From: Terriglobia bacterium
GTDB taxonomy: Bacteria; Acidobacteriota; Terriglobia; 20CM-2-55-15
DNA: 64,000 nucleotides
Direction: 5' to 3'
Assembly (NCBI GenBank): GCA_965198225.1
Contig: CBDAOY010000003.1
Span: 1-64,000, forward strand
Position 1 is the stretch's first letter. Each line of letters opens with the position of its first letter. Positions 20,632 through 31,344 of the stretch are shown here, piece after piece. Position numbers and translations under genes: made by a program. Below the pieces are notes generated by a model. That model saw nothing but the letters and a program-made list of their open reading frames with translations. It had not been told where the DNA came from and ran no database searches.

Positions 20632-21602
20632 ACGCCACCGGCGGCATGGACTACCTGCGCCCGTTTTTGCCGGGGCTGGAATCGGTCCTCGAAGATGAGG
20701 ACGTCAGCGAGATCATGATTAACGGTACCGGCAACGTCTGGATCGAAAGCCGAGGGCAAATCCGGGAGCATCCCGCGCCGGTCCTCGATGCAGCGGCGCT
20801 GGATCGAGCCGCCATTCAGATCGCGCTGCCTCTCGGCCTCGATCCGGCCACCACGCCGATCCTCGACGCTCGGCTCGACGACGGCTCCCGCGTCGCCATC
20901 TGTGTGCCCCCGGCCGCGCCCCACATCGCCATCACCATCCGGCGCTTTGGAAACCGGGCATTCACGGCCCAGGATCTGGTGGAGCAGGGCGCCCTGCCGC
21001 AGCCGGTCTACGAGGCGGCCCGCTCTCTGCTCCGCTCCCGCTCGAACATCCTGGTCAGCGGCGGGACCGGGTCTGGAAAAACCACGCTGCTCAATGCCCT
21101 GGTCGAACTGCTCCCCGCCGCCGACCGCATTGTTTCCATTGAGGACATCCTGGAACTCCGGATCGAGAGGGACAACTGTGTCCGCTTCGAGGCGCGCGGC
21201 CTAACCGAGGGCGTCACGATCCGCGACCTGGTCAAGCATTCTCTCCGGCACCGGCCCGACCACATTGTTGTCGGCGAAGTCCGGGGCGGCGAGGCCGCCG
21301 ATCTCCTGCAGGCGCTCAATACCGGGCACGGCGGATCCCTGACCACCGTACACGCCAACAACGCCCTGTCGGCGTTGTCCCGGATTGCAGCTTGCGCCAT
21401 GCAAGGCGAGAGCGACCTGCCCTGGGAAGTCACCTGCCGCAGCGTGGTGGACGGGATTCAGATGGTGGTTCACATGACGCGTCGGGAAGGGCGGCGCTTT
21501 ATCGAAGAGGCTTTACTGGTTCGTGGATACAGCGCGGAAGAAAATCATTGGTTAACGGACCACGTTTGGCCGGTGCTGGACGATAACAGCACAGAGGACT
21601 GA
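20628..21602 (+). CDS. VirB11/TrbB/CpaF-family ATPase
   Basis: VSEIMING, GGTGSGKTT, SIED, RHRPDHIVVGEVRGGEA, NTGHGGSLTTVHAN. Confidence 0.92.
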   Translation: MNATGGMDYLRPFLPGLESVLEDEDVSEIMINGTGNVWIESRGQIREHPAPVLDAAALDRAAIQIALPLGLDPATTPILDARLDDGSRVAICVPPAAPHIAITIRRFGNRAFTAQDLVEQGALPQPVYEAARSLLRSRSNILVSGGTGSGKTTLLNALVELLPAADRIVSIEDILELRIERDNCVRFEARGLTEGVTIRDLVKHSLRHRPDHIVVGEVRGGEAADLLQALNTGHGGSLTTVHANNALSALSRIAACAMQGESDLPWEVTCRSVVDGIQMVVHMTRREGRRFIEEALLVRGYSAEENHWLTDHVWPVLDDNSTED

Positions 21603-21844
21603 CTGCCATGATTCCATTGTCGACTACACCGTCCGCCGGCCCGGGGGCTGGGGTGGGCGGCGAAGGCAGCGTTCCCGCTCACTTCGTCGGACCCGGCCGG
21701 GTAACCTTGCAGACAATGGTCTACTGGCGTCCCGCTTGAGGACAGATCGAGACACTGTCGCTTTCTGTCTCTCTCTCGCAGCCTCACCTGTGGTGTCCCC
21801 TGGGATCGCCGCTTCGTCCAACTCGTGCCGCCGCCAAGCGGCCG

Positions 21845-22348
21845 GTGAGATCGCCCGTTTTCCCGTTGTTCGCTCTGACTGGCCCGCGATCCACCGTGCC
21901 GAATGTTGTCTCGCCACTTTCCCGTAGCCTGGGCTTGCTCCGGCGGGGCGCCGCGCTCCGGCGCGTGCGGCTTGATGCCGAGTTGAAGAGCACTGTCGGC
22001 CGTCGTAGCGAAACTGCCCGTGTGAGGGACGGTCGGCAAGCGGCCGATGTCGAGCGGCGTAGCGCCGCCCAAGATCTGGGTCTGCCCATCGACGAGAACG
22101 GACGTGTGTTCTATCCCGATGCGCAACTGGAGTACACCGGTGAGGATGGACGCACCGGCCGCGTCAATGTCGAGGTGGCCTCCGAACACTACAGCGCCTC
22201 AACCATCCGGGCCAAGGCCCGGGCCGGATTCACGGTGCATGCCACTAGGTCCGCCCAGAGGCGGGTGCTTCGCGCATTGGGCACCGGCAACGATAAGACT
22301 TCCATCCGAGGTCCGGCCCAGCGAGACTCGGCCGCCTTGGAGCTGTAG
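21845..22348 (+). pseudogene. Probably N-terminally truncated PD-(D/E)xK-like protein (replication-relaxation-like)
   Basis: YPDAQLEY...VNVEVASEHY..AK resembles a PD-(D/E)xK core; first ~30 codons look non-coding. Confidence 0.45.
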
Positions 22349-22357
22349 GAAACACTG

Positions 22358-22645
22358 ATGCAAGCGTGGAGAATCAGCGCGGGCCTGACCACCGCCCTTG
22401 CGGGATCGGCCGTCCTCGTCTCTGGTTCGCGCCTCGAGTATCTGGCACCGTTCTGGCGGGTGATTCTCGTTGACTATGGCCTCGCAATTGGCTTGCATCT
22501 GGGACTGGTGCTGGGCACTGTCGCCGCTGGCCTTTACGGCGTAGCGCGCGCCGCCGGACTCGCCGATTTAGGACGGCGGGTCGACTTGGTCGAGCGCTCC
22601 ATCCGCCGCGGCGAGGGCGATCCGGAACTCGCCGAAGCCGGTTGA
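22358..22645 (+). CDS. Small membrane protein of the conjugative module
   Basis: Two hydrophobic segments, AGGAA RBS, co-oriented with the module. Confidence 0.55.
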   Translation: MQAWRISAGLTTALAGSAVLVSGSRLEYLAPFWRVILVDYGLAIGLHLGLVLGTVAAGLYGVARAAGLADLGRRVDLVERSIRRGEGDPELAEAG

Positions 22646-22841
22646 TCAGCCAGCTTGCGCCCTCGACGGTCGACGGTTCGACAGTGGACAAATCATCTGC
22701 GTTGCGTTCCTTCTTGAGCCGTGCGATATGAGCCAGTTGCTTTTGAGTCGGGGGACTTGGACCGGTACTCCGAAAGAACCACGCCAGCGAACCAACAATA
22801 GCCACGATGAACACGACAGCCAGGAAGATCAGAAGGCCCAC
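22374..22841 (-). CDS. Hypothetical membrane-anchored protein (3' part overlaps opposite gene)
   Basis: Strong N-terminal TM helix, then PTQKQLAHI...ASWLINRL; C-terminal half is probably read-through. Confidence 0.35.
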   Translation of the reverse strand: MGLLIFLAVVFIVAIVGSLAWFFRSTGPSPPTQKQLAHIARLKKERNADDLSTVEPSTVEGASWLINRLRRVPDRPRRGGWSARPSRPAVLNRRVRRRALRRKGQRRQCPAPVPDASQLRGHSQRESPARTVPDTRGANQRRGRPIPQGRWSGPR

Positions 22842-23132
22842 AACTTACTCGCTCTCAGCCCTTGTTTCGGCACCGGAATTTCGCCCAGGATTGCGTTTCA
22901 GGGGTGTCCCCACAGGTAGAGTCGTGCTCAGTGAAACACCGTCTTCGGGGAAGGCCCCGCAGAACGCCCCGATTTGACCGAGTGTCAAACCGCTGTCGTT
23001 CAGAGTCACCTTCCAGTGCCGCGCGCTGAAACAAGAGATTCTTGATCCGGTCCGCCGCCTGCAGATGGAACACACCATAATCGAGCAGCGGGTTCGAGAG
23101 CAAGGCATTGAATCTGGGCGGTACCCGGACGC

Positions 23133-23996
23133 CTACTTTTGGAAGTGCCCGCAGCCAAAGAGGCCCGGAATTTCAAAGGGGAGAGAGCCAAGTTCTGCAG
23201 CATACCGGTGACCGAGGTCCATCATCGTAATCCCCTCGATGGTGCGGAAGCCTGCTTCAGCCATCAACGCACTCATCTGAGCCAGACTGAAGTCGCTACG
23301 CATCGGCTCTCCTCTCCTGGCAACGTACGCTTCAAGCTGTGCTCGTTTTTCCCGGTGCTCGGGCCATGAGGAGCCGGCGTCGAGCATGTAATCGACAACA
23401 AGCTGCGAACCGGTGGCTACGCCGCCCGCAATAGAGTGGACGGTCGAGGCAAGCACCTCCCGCGGTAGATAGTAGATCACCCCCAGCAGCGACAGGAACG
23501 CTCTTCTTGCCGGTTCGAACGCCGATTCCGACAGCGCGTTCATCACCGGAATTCGCTCAAGGTCCGCGGGGACAAAATGCAATCCGCGCGGTATATCCAG
23601 GCCGGCTCGTCGCAGGCGCTCCTGTTTGATCTCCTGCATGGCGGGCCGGTCGATCTCGAACACTTGAAGACGTGGCATGAGATCGGACCGGCGGAGAGCA
23701 AACGAGTCCATCCCGGCCCCGATGATCACGTACTGGGTGATGCCGGCCCTGACTGCGGTCTCGAGTGCCTGCTCGGCGTAACGCGCCCGGATCAGTGTCC
23801 CGAACGCGGCCGGTCGGAGGCGGCGTAGCACGCAGTGCGCCATGAGCCAGCCGGCGGGAGAAATTTGCAGAATCCGTCGCGCCGATCGCCCGCAAAGCAG
23901 GATGGCGTACGGATCGTCGACGAGCTGTACGCGGTCCCGCTGGTGCAGGGCACGGACTGCGGCGACGAGGTCAGCAGTCGAAATTCGTGTCTTCAT
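23133..23996 (-). CDS. Class I SAM-dependent methyltransferase (LCM family)
   Basis: DDPYA, QYVIIGAGMDSFA, VFEIDRP, VPADL, GVIYYL. Confidence 0.88.
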   Translation of the reverse strand: MKTRISTADLVAAVRALHQRDRVQLVDDPYAILLCGRSARRILQISPAGWLMAHCVLRRLRPAAFGTLIRARYAEQALETAVRAGITQYVIIGAGMDSFALRRSDLMPRLQVFEIDRPAMQEIKQERLRRAGLDIPRGLHFVPADLERIPVMNALSESAFEPARRAFLSLLGVIYYLPREVLASTVHSIAGGVATGSQLVVDYMLDAGSSWPEHREKRAQLEAYVARRGEPMRSDFSLAQMSALMAEAGFRTIEGITMMDLGHRYAAELGSLPFEIPGLFGCGHFQK

Positions 23997-24089
23997 GTGT
24001 GCAATTCATAGAGATCGTTTCATTTGGAATTGGGGTAAAACGTTCGGGAGTTTCTAGTCTAAAATCTCTAGAAAATTCCGTTGAGCGGC

Positions 24090-24428
24090 GGCTTTTGATC
24101 CGGACTTCGACGGACCGTGGGAATCAGAACTGTTACCGGTCCCACTCCGGTCTGCAATTCCCGTTCGAGAAGAAAACCGTTGCGCACGACCCCGGCGGTA
24201 CCTGCCTCGGTTCGACGACCGCCATCGCTCAAAGTTGCAACACAACCGTTCGGTTCTGGTGCAGACAGGCAAGGGAATTGGCGATAATGGGATATGGCGC
24301 ATCGCAAAACTGAACGGAATCCCCTTTTTCCCGGACGTTGGTTCGAAGATGACATCATTCTCCTCTGCCTGCGCTGGTATTTTCGCTTCAGACTGGTGCC
24401 GTCGGGCTACATTGAACTTATGTGGCAT
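24090..24428. pseudogene. Mosaic of IS remnants (IS256 N-terminus on minus, IS6 N-terminus on plus, IS5-like start on minus)
   Basis: GVVRNGFLLERELQTGVGPVTV (similar to the 8218 transposase); LFPGRWFEDDIILLCLRWYFRF (IS6); MPHKFNVARRH (IS5-like). Confidence 0.65.
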
Positions 24429-24529
24429 TTAGACTATCCCCAGTGTCGAAAAACAATAAGAGCAATAACAGGCGGAACAGGACAACAAATCGGTCGGTGG
24501 CAAAACGCTTGGAGATTCACAGAAAATCG

Positions 24530-25408
24530 ATGATCGGTTTTCTTGAATCATGGACTCGGACAGCCTTTGTTGCGGCTATTATGGTGGCGGTCATTCCGGT
24601 TATTACATGCGCACAAACCACCGATACCAGAGGTGAAGACGCATCCACGCCGCCCGGCCGGACTCCCACACCGCCTGTCTCCGACACGGCCGCCGCTTCG
24701 GCAAGATTCTATTTCGTGACTGGAGTTGTGTTCGACTGGTCGGAAGAAACGCGGTTCCAGGACAAGAACTGCTCGAGTACCTCTCCGGCGGCTCTTTATG
24801 GCTGCGGGGAGGGCCTTGACGGCACCCCGTTGAGTGCACGTGGCGATTTCGGAACAATGACCGGTTTCGATCTCGGGTTCGGCTATGCCATGACGCCTGC
24901 CCTTCGGCTGGAAGCTGTTATTGAGTACCACCCGAGGTTTTCCTTCAAGGGTCTCTCCAATTTCGTACAAACCACCGACAGGCAGGATGTTTCAGCGGAT
25001 TTGTCCTCACTGCACGGCTTGCTGGCTGCGTACTGGGATCTGACCGAAGTCGGCCGGCCTCGACTCGGGCCCCTCAGGCCGTTTATCGGGGGTGGGGGTG
25101 GCCTGTCCCGCGTCAATATTGATGAAACTCTCATGGAGTTCCCGAAGACGACCACCGTCGTTCCCGGCGGAGAACAGGTTAATTTTGCCTGGATGCTGGC
25201 TGCGGGAGTTGCAAAATCACTGGGGGAGAGGGTAACGCTGAATCTTGCCTGGCGTTACACGGATTCCGGCACCGTCGAGACCGGCCAGGCCAAAGGCCGG
25301 GTTGTCTGGCGCGACGGAAGTCGCGACCCGCGGGAGTTTGACCTTGCCGAAACCCGAGCGAATCTCTCGAATCATGGACTTCGGGTATCTTTGCGCTACG
25401 TGTTCTGA
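24530..25408 (+). CDS. Outer membrane beta-barrel protein (opacity/OmpA-like porin)
   Basis: Signal peptide, GFGY...LRLE, RPFIGGGGG, FAWMLAAGV, C-terminal LRYVF. Confidence 0.8.
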   Translation: MIGFLESWTRTAFVAAIMVAVIPVITCAQTTDTRGEDASTPPGRTPTPPVSDTAAASARFYFVTGVVFDWSEETRFQDKNCSSTSPAALYGCGEGLDGTPLSARGDFGTMTGFDLGFGYAMTPALRLEAVIEYHPRFSFKGLSNFVQTTDRQDVSADLSSLHGLLAAYWDLTEVGRPRLGPLRPFIGGGGGLSRVNIDETLMEFPKTTTVVPGGEQVNFAWMLAAGVAKSLGERVTLNLAWRYTDSGTVETGQAKGRVVWRDGSRDPREFDLAETRANLSNHGLRVSLRYVF

Positions 25409-25509
25409 AGCCGACATGTAGAGCCAGGTCGACGGATCGTGGTTGGCCACCGGGGCGGTAGGATCAAGAGGCCGGCCCGTCGGTGGCGGTCTTTCAGGGG
25501 GAGGGATGG

Positions 25510-25689
25510 ACCGCCGGGAAGGCCCGTTCACAAACAGATGGTCCGATACAGGAGCTTTCAGTATCAGGTGGCCAGTTGGACAAAGGCGAGGCGGATCGCG
25601 GCTAAGGTGAGCACCACCAGCGAAAGTTGTTCCCGTGGGTCGACTTCATTGAGACGAACATGAATCTGCCACCCCGCTCGGTGGTGCGC
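25510..25689 (+). pseudogene. IS1380-family transposase fragment
   Basis: PGRP...YRSFQYQVASWTKARRIAAKV / LFPWVDFIETNM. Confidence 0.65.
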
Positions 25690-26461
25690 TGTGATATTCA
25701 CGACCTGGTCGGACAGTGAGCGACTCTATTGTAAACGTTCTCGGAGTGGCTCATAGGGGGTTTGGCCACCGAAGGCGCCATGGGGTCGGATGAGGTTGTA
25801 GAAGCGCTCCCATTCGGCCAGTTTCTTGTTCAGATCGACATCATCGACGTACTCGAGCAGCTGATAGAACTCTTCCTGATCGGTCCGATGGGAGCGTTCC
25901 ACCTTGCCGTTGAGCTGTGGAGAGCGTGGCTTGATGTAGACGTGACGAATGCCTTTGTCTTCGACGTGCCAGTGAAACTTGGCTTGGAATTCGTGCCCGC
26001 AGTCGGTCCGGATGCGTATTCCGCCGATCATGAACGCCAGTTCCGGGCAACGTGAACACGGATTCCGGTGATGGTGAACGCTCGCCGGAGCGAAGCGACG
26101 ATTAGGGTCTCAGTTCTTGCCTCCAGAGTCCAGGGTTGCAGTCTTGATCCTCGTTTCCCATGGTTGTGTTACGGAGCCGCCGCCGGGTCTGTGGGAACTG
26201 TGCGAAAGCCGGAGCGTTGGTTGCGGAGGCTTTTGCAAACAGCGGTGGGAATGATTCTGAAGAAGTCGGCCGAAGGCCCTCCATATTCATTTCCACGGCT
26301 GTGGCAGTTTCCACAGGCCACCTGTTGCGGGAGCATCCTGCAGCCCGGAGCGGGTGCGTACGTGCCGGTTCCTGCAATTACTTCGCGCGAGGGCGACCGA
26401 GGAGCGACGATTCGGTTCCGGTCCGAGCTGGAGTAGCCCCTGAGCCAGGATGCCGTGACAG

Positions 26462-27217
26462 TCATCGGGATACCTTCGACTTCTTCGGTGCGGATTTAGT
26501 CTGCCGCATCGACGCCCCCTTCAGTTCGATCCGGTGCGCGTTGTGTAAGAGACGGTCGCAGATGGCATCGGCCTGGTTCGGATCACCGATGACGCCGTGC
26601 CAGTCCGAGACGGGGAGTTGGCTGGCGATCAGGGTCGAAGAGCGTTCGCTGCGTTCCTCGATGACCTCGATCAGGTCGCGGCGTTCACTATCGCGCAGAG
26701 GCGCCAGGAGCCAGTCGTCGATAGCCAGCAGATCGAGCTTGCCCAAACGTGTCAGCAGCCGGGTATAAGAGCCATCGCCGCGACCGACCCCCAGGTCGTG
26801 AAGGAGGCGTGGCATGCGGGTGTAGGCGGCGGCGAAGCCGCTACGGCAAGCCCGCTCGACGAATGCCGAGCACAGGAAGCTCTTTCCGATGCCGGTGGGC
26901 CCGGTCACGATCAGATTGTGCCGCTCCGAGATCCACCCACAGGTTCCCAGAGCCAGGACTTGGGAACGGTCCAGGTCCCGTCGATGTTTGAAGTTGACGT
27001 TTTCCAGTGAAGCCGGATAGCGGAGCTTGGCCGAGCGGAGACGGCGGGTGAGCTTGCGCTGCTCACGGGCGGTCCATTCCGCATCCACGAGCAGACCCAG
27101 CCGTTCGTCAAAGCTGAGTTCCGGGTACTGGGATGACTGGCGTTGTTGGGTGACGGCCTCGGCCATCCCGGTCAGTTTCATGGCGTGCATCTTTTCCAGG
27201 GTTTGTTCAATGAGCAT
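26462..27217 (-). CDS. istB: IS21 helper ATPase IstB
   Basis: GPTGIGKS, LLAIDDW, ADAICDRL. Confidence 0.95.
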   Translation of the reverse strand: MLIEQTLEKMHAMKLTGMAEAVTQQRQSSQYPELSFDERLGLLVDAEWTAREQRKLTRRLRSAKLRYPASLENVNFKHRRDLDRSQVLALGTCGWISERHNLIVTGPTGIGKSFLCSAFVERACRSGFAAAYTRMPRLLHDLGVGRGDGSYTRLLTRLGKLDLLAIDDWLLAPLRDSERRDLIEVIEERSERSSTLIASQLPVSDWHGVIGDPNQADAICDRLLHNAHRIELKGASMRQTKSAPKKSKVSR

Positions 27218-28769
27218 GGAAGAGGTCCTCCTCGGGGTTGGTGTAGTAAGCGGCGCCGCGGATGTTGGCGTGATGCGGCGTCGGATCGGTTTCGGTGTCC
27301 TGGAACGGCAACCGGTCCTGGGCGGATGCCAGGATGTTCTTGACGGTGCGGTAGCTGTAAGAGTTCAAACGCAAGGCCCGGGCGCTGGCGGCCTCCAACC
27401 GGTCGGTGCCGTACTGGCGGCCCAGCCGCATCAGTCCCAGGCAGGCGCGGTAGCCTTGTTCCGGATGCGGCCGGCGATCGAGAATCCCGGCAACGAGCCG
27501 GCCTGTGTCCGGACCGGCTTGTTGTGCCCAACCGATTAACCGCGACGGGGTCCACTCGGCATGGGCCCGGTGCGCGCTGGGCATGTGCTCGGGAAGGGTC
27601 GAGGGCTGGCGGTCATAGCGGCGGCGATGGGACGCTACCCGCCGGTTCTTGAAGTAAATCTCGACGATATTGGCCGTATAGCGGGCTTCCAGCCCCTCCC
27701 CGCGCAACTGGTACGGGACGCTGTAGAGGTGCCGGTCCACGTCGACGTGGTAGTCAATGTTGGCGCGGCAGATCTTCCACTCGGCGGCTTCATACCGGCC
27801 CGCCGGCAACGGCTGTAAGGCCGGCCGGTCCAGCCGTTCAAACAGCTCCTGGCGGGATGCGCCGAGTTGTTGCATCGGCCGCCGGTTCAGTTCCACCAGC
27901 AGTTCGCCGATGGCGGTGTTGAGCGCCCCCAGACTGAAGAAGGTGCGATTGCGCAGCCGGGCCAGTATCCAGCGCTGGGCGACCAGGACCCCGACTTCGA
28001 CTTTCGCCTTATCCCGGGCCTTGCGGGGCCGGGCGGGAATGACCACGGCGCCGTAGTGTTGGGCGGCTTCTTGATACGTGCGGTGGATACCCGGTTCGTA
28101 CCGGCATGGAACCGTCACGCCGCTCTTGAGCTGGTCGGGGACCCAGATCCGGCCGGATCCACCAAAGCACTCCACCATCCGGTTGTGCGCGCCGATCCAA
28201 TCGTGGAGTTGTTGGCTCGGCACGGCTTCGGCGTAGGTGTAGTTGCTGGCGCCCAGCACGGCCACGAACAGCTCGGCGGCAACGGTGTCGCCGGTCCGGG
28301 GGTTCACCCAGTGCGGTCGCTTGCCCGAGAAGTCGATAAAGACCTTCTCCCCGGCGCGATGCACCTGCCGCATTGAGGGCCTCAGCTTCTTGGCCCAACG
28401 CCGGTAGATCTCACAGAACCGGCTGTACCCGTATCCGTCTGGATGCGTTTCCCGATACTCTTCCCAGAGCAGATGCAGGGTGACGCCGACCCGCTTCAGC
28501 TCCTGGTGGATGTGCTCCAGATCCGGAGGCACACGCTCTCGAGAAGTCGATCCTGAGGGCGGGAACAGCCGCGCTTCCAGCGCCGTATCGTCCAGCTCCA
28601 CCGGTAGTGGCCAGACCAGACCCGCCCGCCTGCTCCGTCCCAGGTACTCCGACACCGTTCCCAAGCTCACCTGGCACGCACCTGCGATCGCCCGATGGCT
28701 GAACTGCTGCTCGTACTTGAGTCGTAGAATCTCGCGTATCTGTCTCATCAGTAGTCGTTTCGTTGCCAT
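27207..28769 (-). CDS. istA: IS21 transposase IstA
   Basis: MRQIREILRL HTH, IDFSG, VPDQLKSGV, PRKARDKAKVE. Confidence 0.95.
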   Translation of the reverse strand: MATKRLLMRQIREILRLKYEQQFSHRAIAGACQVSLGTVSEYLGRSRRAGLVWPLPVELDDTALEARLFPPSGSTSRERVPPDLEHIHQELKRVGVTLHLLWEEYRETHPDGYGYSRFCEIYRRWAKKLRPSMRQVHRAGEKVFIDFSGKRPHWVNPRTGDTVAAELFVAVLGASNYTYAEAVPSQQLHDWIGAHNRMVECFGGSGRIWVPDQLKSGVTVPCRYEPGIHRTYQEAAQHYGAVVIPARPRKARDKAKVEVGVLVAQRWILARLRNRTFFSLGALNTAIGELLVELNRRPMQQLGASRQELFERLDRPALQPLPAGRYEAAEWKICRANIDYHVDVDRHLYSVPYQLRGEGLEARYTANIVEIYFKNRRVASHRRRYDRQPSTLPEHMPSAHRAHAEWTPSRLIGWAQQAGPDTGRLVAGILDRRPHPEQGYRACLGLMRLGRQYGTDRLEAASARALRLNSYSYRTVKNILASAQDRLPFQDTETDPTPHHANIRGAAYYTNPEEDLFHAH

Positions 28770-29346
28770 CACAGCCTCCTGTGCTGCAGGAGAACCTGAC
28801 GGCTCCAAACTTCGCTACCAACGAGTGTTCACGATCCCCGGAATCCGCGTTCAGGATGCCCGGAATCGATGTTCACGATGGATTGGAATCAGTGTTCAGG
28901 ATGGGCCGGAATACGCAGTCCGGATGCTCTGCACACGAAACGGGAACGTTTCCAATACATGATTGACACAGGCGATCGCGTTGGCCTGGTTATGGCGCGG
29001 ATAGATCTTTCGGGCGCGAATCCGCGTTGCATCATCAATGGCAGTGTATGGCTACCGTTTGACGGGCTGGCTGCCGCTCCTGCATAGGTTTAAGAACTTA
29101 ACCTCGACTTGAAAGTGGTGGCCGGGAAACTGGGTGTTGTAACGTTTTGTGTGGACGGCGCGACGTCCCACTTTACGGGGCAATCTGTTAAGTCCATGGC
29201 GCCTGAGGATCCGATACACGCCGGCGTCGGAATTTCGGATTGCGTGATAGCGTTCCAAGGTAAGCGTTCGATTCTGGCCGTGTTGACGCAGGTTCCCTTA
29301 GTGAGATAGGCGACGCAAGTGTGTCCACACTTCGATCAGCTCTGCG

Positions 29347-30927
29347 TCAGGTGGCTGAGGCGGGCCGGTCGGTCAACGCCGGAGCCGCGTTCCAGGGCAG
29401 GAGTGCGTCGATTTGACGGATACGATGATCCGCGATCCGGGCCAGAACGTGTGATAGATAGGCCTCCGGATCGATTCCGTTAAGTTTAGCCGAGCCGATC
29501 AGGCTGTACATGGCCGCGGCGCTTTCGCCACCGGAATCCGAGCCGGCGAACATATAGTTCTTCCGACCGAGGGCCACGGCACGCAGCGCCCGCTCGGCAG
29601 CGTTGTTGTCGATCTCCAGACCTCCGTCACCGCAATAGCGGATCAATGCGTTCCAGCGGCCGAGTGCATAGAGCACCGCCCTGGAAACGTCGGATTTCTT
29701 CGACAGCTTCGATAACGATTCCTCAAGCCAGTGTTTGAGCGAGTCCAGCCGTGGACGGGCCCGCGCTTCCCGGATCTGTTTCCGCTCATCGGGTGGCTGG
29801 CCGCGAATCTCTCTTTCGATCCCGTAGAGTTCGCCGATCCGTTTCAGGGCTTCTTCGGCGATCGGGGACCGGTGCGCTTGATACAGGTCGTGGAACTTGC
29901 GCCGGACATGCGCCCAGCAGGCCGCTTCGACGATGGTTCCGGTTTGATAGAGCCGGTTGAAACCGGCAAAGCCATCGGCCTGCAGTGTTCCGTTGAAGTC
30001 CTGGAGATGGTTCCCTGGATGCTCACCTTTGCGGTCCGGCGAGTAGGCAAACCAGACGGCCGGCGCTTCAGCGCTACCCGCAGGCCGGTCATCGCGAACG
30101 TAGGCCCACAACCGGCCGGTCCTGGTCTTGCCGTTCCCTGGGGCCACGACCGGCACCGGGATGTCGTCGCCGTGCAGCTTGTCGGCATCGAGCACGTAGT
30201 GCTTCAGAGCGTCAACCAGAGGCTCCAAAGTCCGGGCCGTGCCGCCGACCCACCCGGCCAGTGTTGACCGTTCCAGCTCGACACCGACACGTGCGTAGAT
30301 CTCCGACTGCCGATACAATGGGAGATGGTCGGCATATTTCGACACCATCACGTGGGCCAGCAGGCCCGGACCGGCCAGGCCGCGATCGATCGGCCGATGT
30401 GGCGCCGACTGCTGCACGATGCAGTCGCATCGCGTGCAACTGAGCTTCGGCCGCACGGTGCGGACCACTTTGAATCGCGCCGGAACGTATTCCAACGTCT
30501 CGGAGACATCCTCGCCCAACAGTCCCAACGCACCGCCGCAATCGGGGCAGCAATCTTCGGTGGGCTCGAGCACTTCGGTTTCCCGGGGTAACTCGGCCGC
30601 CAGCGGGCCACGCCTTGGCCGGTTCGAGACCATAGATTGAGGATCGATCGGCGGTTCCGGCCGGGGCGACGACGAGGCGGTTTCCAAATCTTCCAGCTGG
30701 AGTTCCAGTTGTTCGATTTGCCGGCCCAGCTTCTCGGAACTTCGTCCGAACTGCATCCGTCGCAGCTTCAGGATCAGCAGCTTCAGATTGTCGATCTCAG
30801 CGTCTCGGGATGAGAGTGCGGCGTGCTGTTCAACGATGAGGGCGTGTTTCTCGATGACCAGTGACTTCAGCGCTTCTGCATCGAGAGTATCCAGATCAGG
30901 GAGAACGACGCTGTTCATCGCTGTCAC
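29347..30927 (-). CDS. tnpC: IS66 transposase TnpC
   Basis: FGRSSEK, CPDCGG, KYADHLPLYRQ, CWAHVRRKF, DNNAAERALR. Confidence 0.95.
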   Translation of the reverse strand: MTAMNSVVLPDLDTLDAEALKSLVIEKHALIVEQHAALSSRDAEIDNLKLLILKLRRMQFGRSSEKLGRQIEQLELQLEDLETASSSPRPEPPIDPQSMVSNRPRRGPLAAELPRETEVLEPTEDCCPDCGGALGLLGEDVSETLEYVPARFKVVRTVRPKLSCTRCDCIVQQSAPHRPIDRGLAGPGLLAHVMVSKYADHLPLYRQSEIYARVGVELERSTLAGWVGGTARTLEPLVDALKHYVLDADKLHGDDIPVPVVAPGNGKTRTGRLWAYVRDDRPAGSAEAPAVWFAYSPDRKGEHPGNHLQDFNGTLQADGFAGFNRLYQTGTIVEAACWAHVRRKFHDLYQAHRSPIAEEALKRIGELYGIEREIRGQPPDERKQIREARARPRLDSLKHWLEESLSKLSKKSDVSRAVLYALGRWNALIRYCGDGGLEIDNNAAERALRAVALGRKNYMFAGSDSGGESAAAMYSLIGSAKLNGIDPEAYLSHVLARIADHRIRQIDALLPWNAAPALTDRPASAT

Positions 30928-30996
30928 TTTGGAAACGATGCCACAACCGACGGACGATACGGGTCTCTATGTCGCGCCTGTGGTGCGCACACCCAT

Positions 30997-31344
30997 CTAA
31001 ACCGCCACCATCGGCACCTGCGTGCGAATCGGCCGGCGCCAGGCAATGCCTTCCAGTAACATCGATAGCTGCGCCGGCGTCAGCGACACGGCGCCGCTTT
31101 CCGCTTTCGGCCAGATGAATCGTCCGCGTTCCAGACGCTTGGCAAACAGGCATAACCCATCGCCGTCCCACCAGAGCAACTTCATCAGATCGCCTCTCCG
31201 TTCACGAAATGCGAACACATGCCCGGAGAACGGATTCTCTTCCAGTACGGTTTGCACCGTCGCGCTGAGTCCCGGGAACCCTTTCCGCATGTCCGTCACA
31301 CCGGCCGCGATCCAGATCTGTGTTCCCGCCGGTAGCCCGATCAC
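30997..31344 (-). CDS. tnpB: IS66 accessory protein TnpB
   Basis: TDMRKGF, KLLWWDGDGLCLFAKRLERGRF. Confidence 0.95.
   Translation of the reverse strand: MIGLPAGTQIWIAAGVTDMRKGFPGLSATVQTVLEENPFSGHVFAFRERRGDLMKLLWWDGDGLCLFAKRLERGRFIWPKAESGAVSLTPAQLSMLLEGIAWRRPIRTQVPMVAV

Larger units (their letters stand above)
26013..28917 (-). mobile_element. IS21-family element with 7-bp target duplication
   Basis: Ends TGCGTATTCC / GGAATACGCA, multiple subterminal TGAAC repeats; DR GTCCGGA at 26006-26012 and 28918-28924. Confidence 0.93.
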
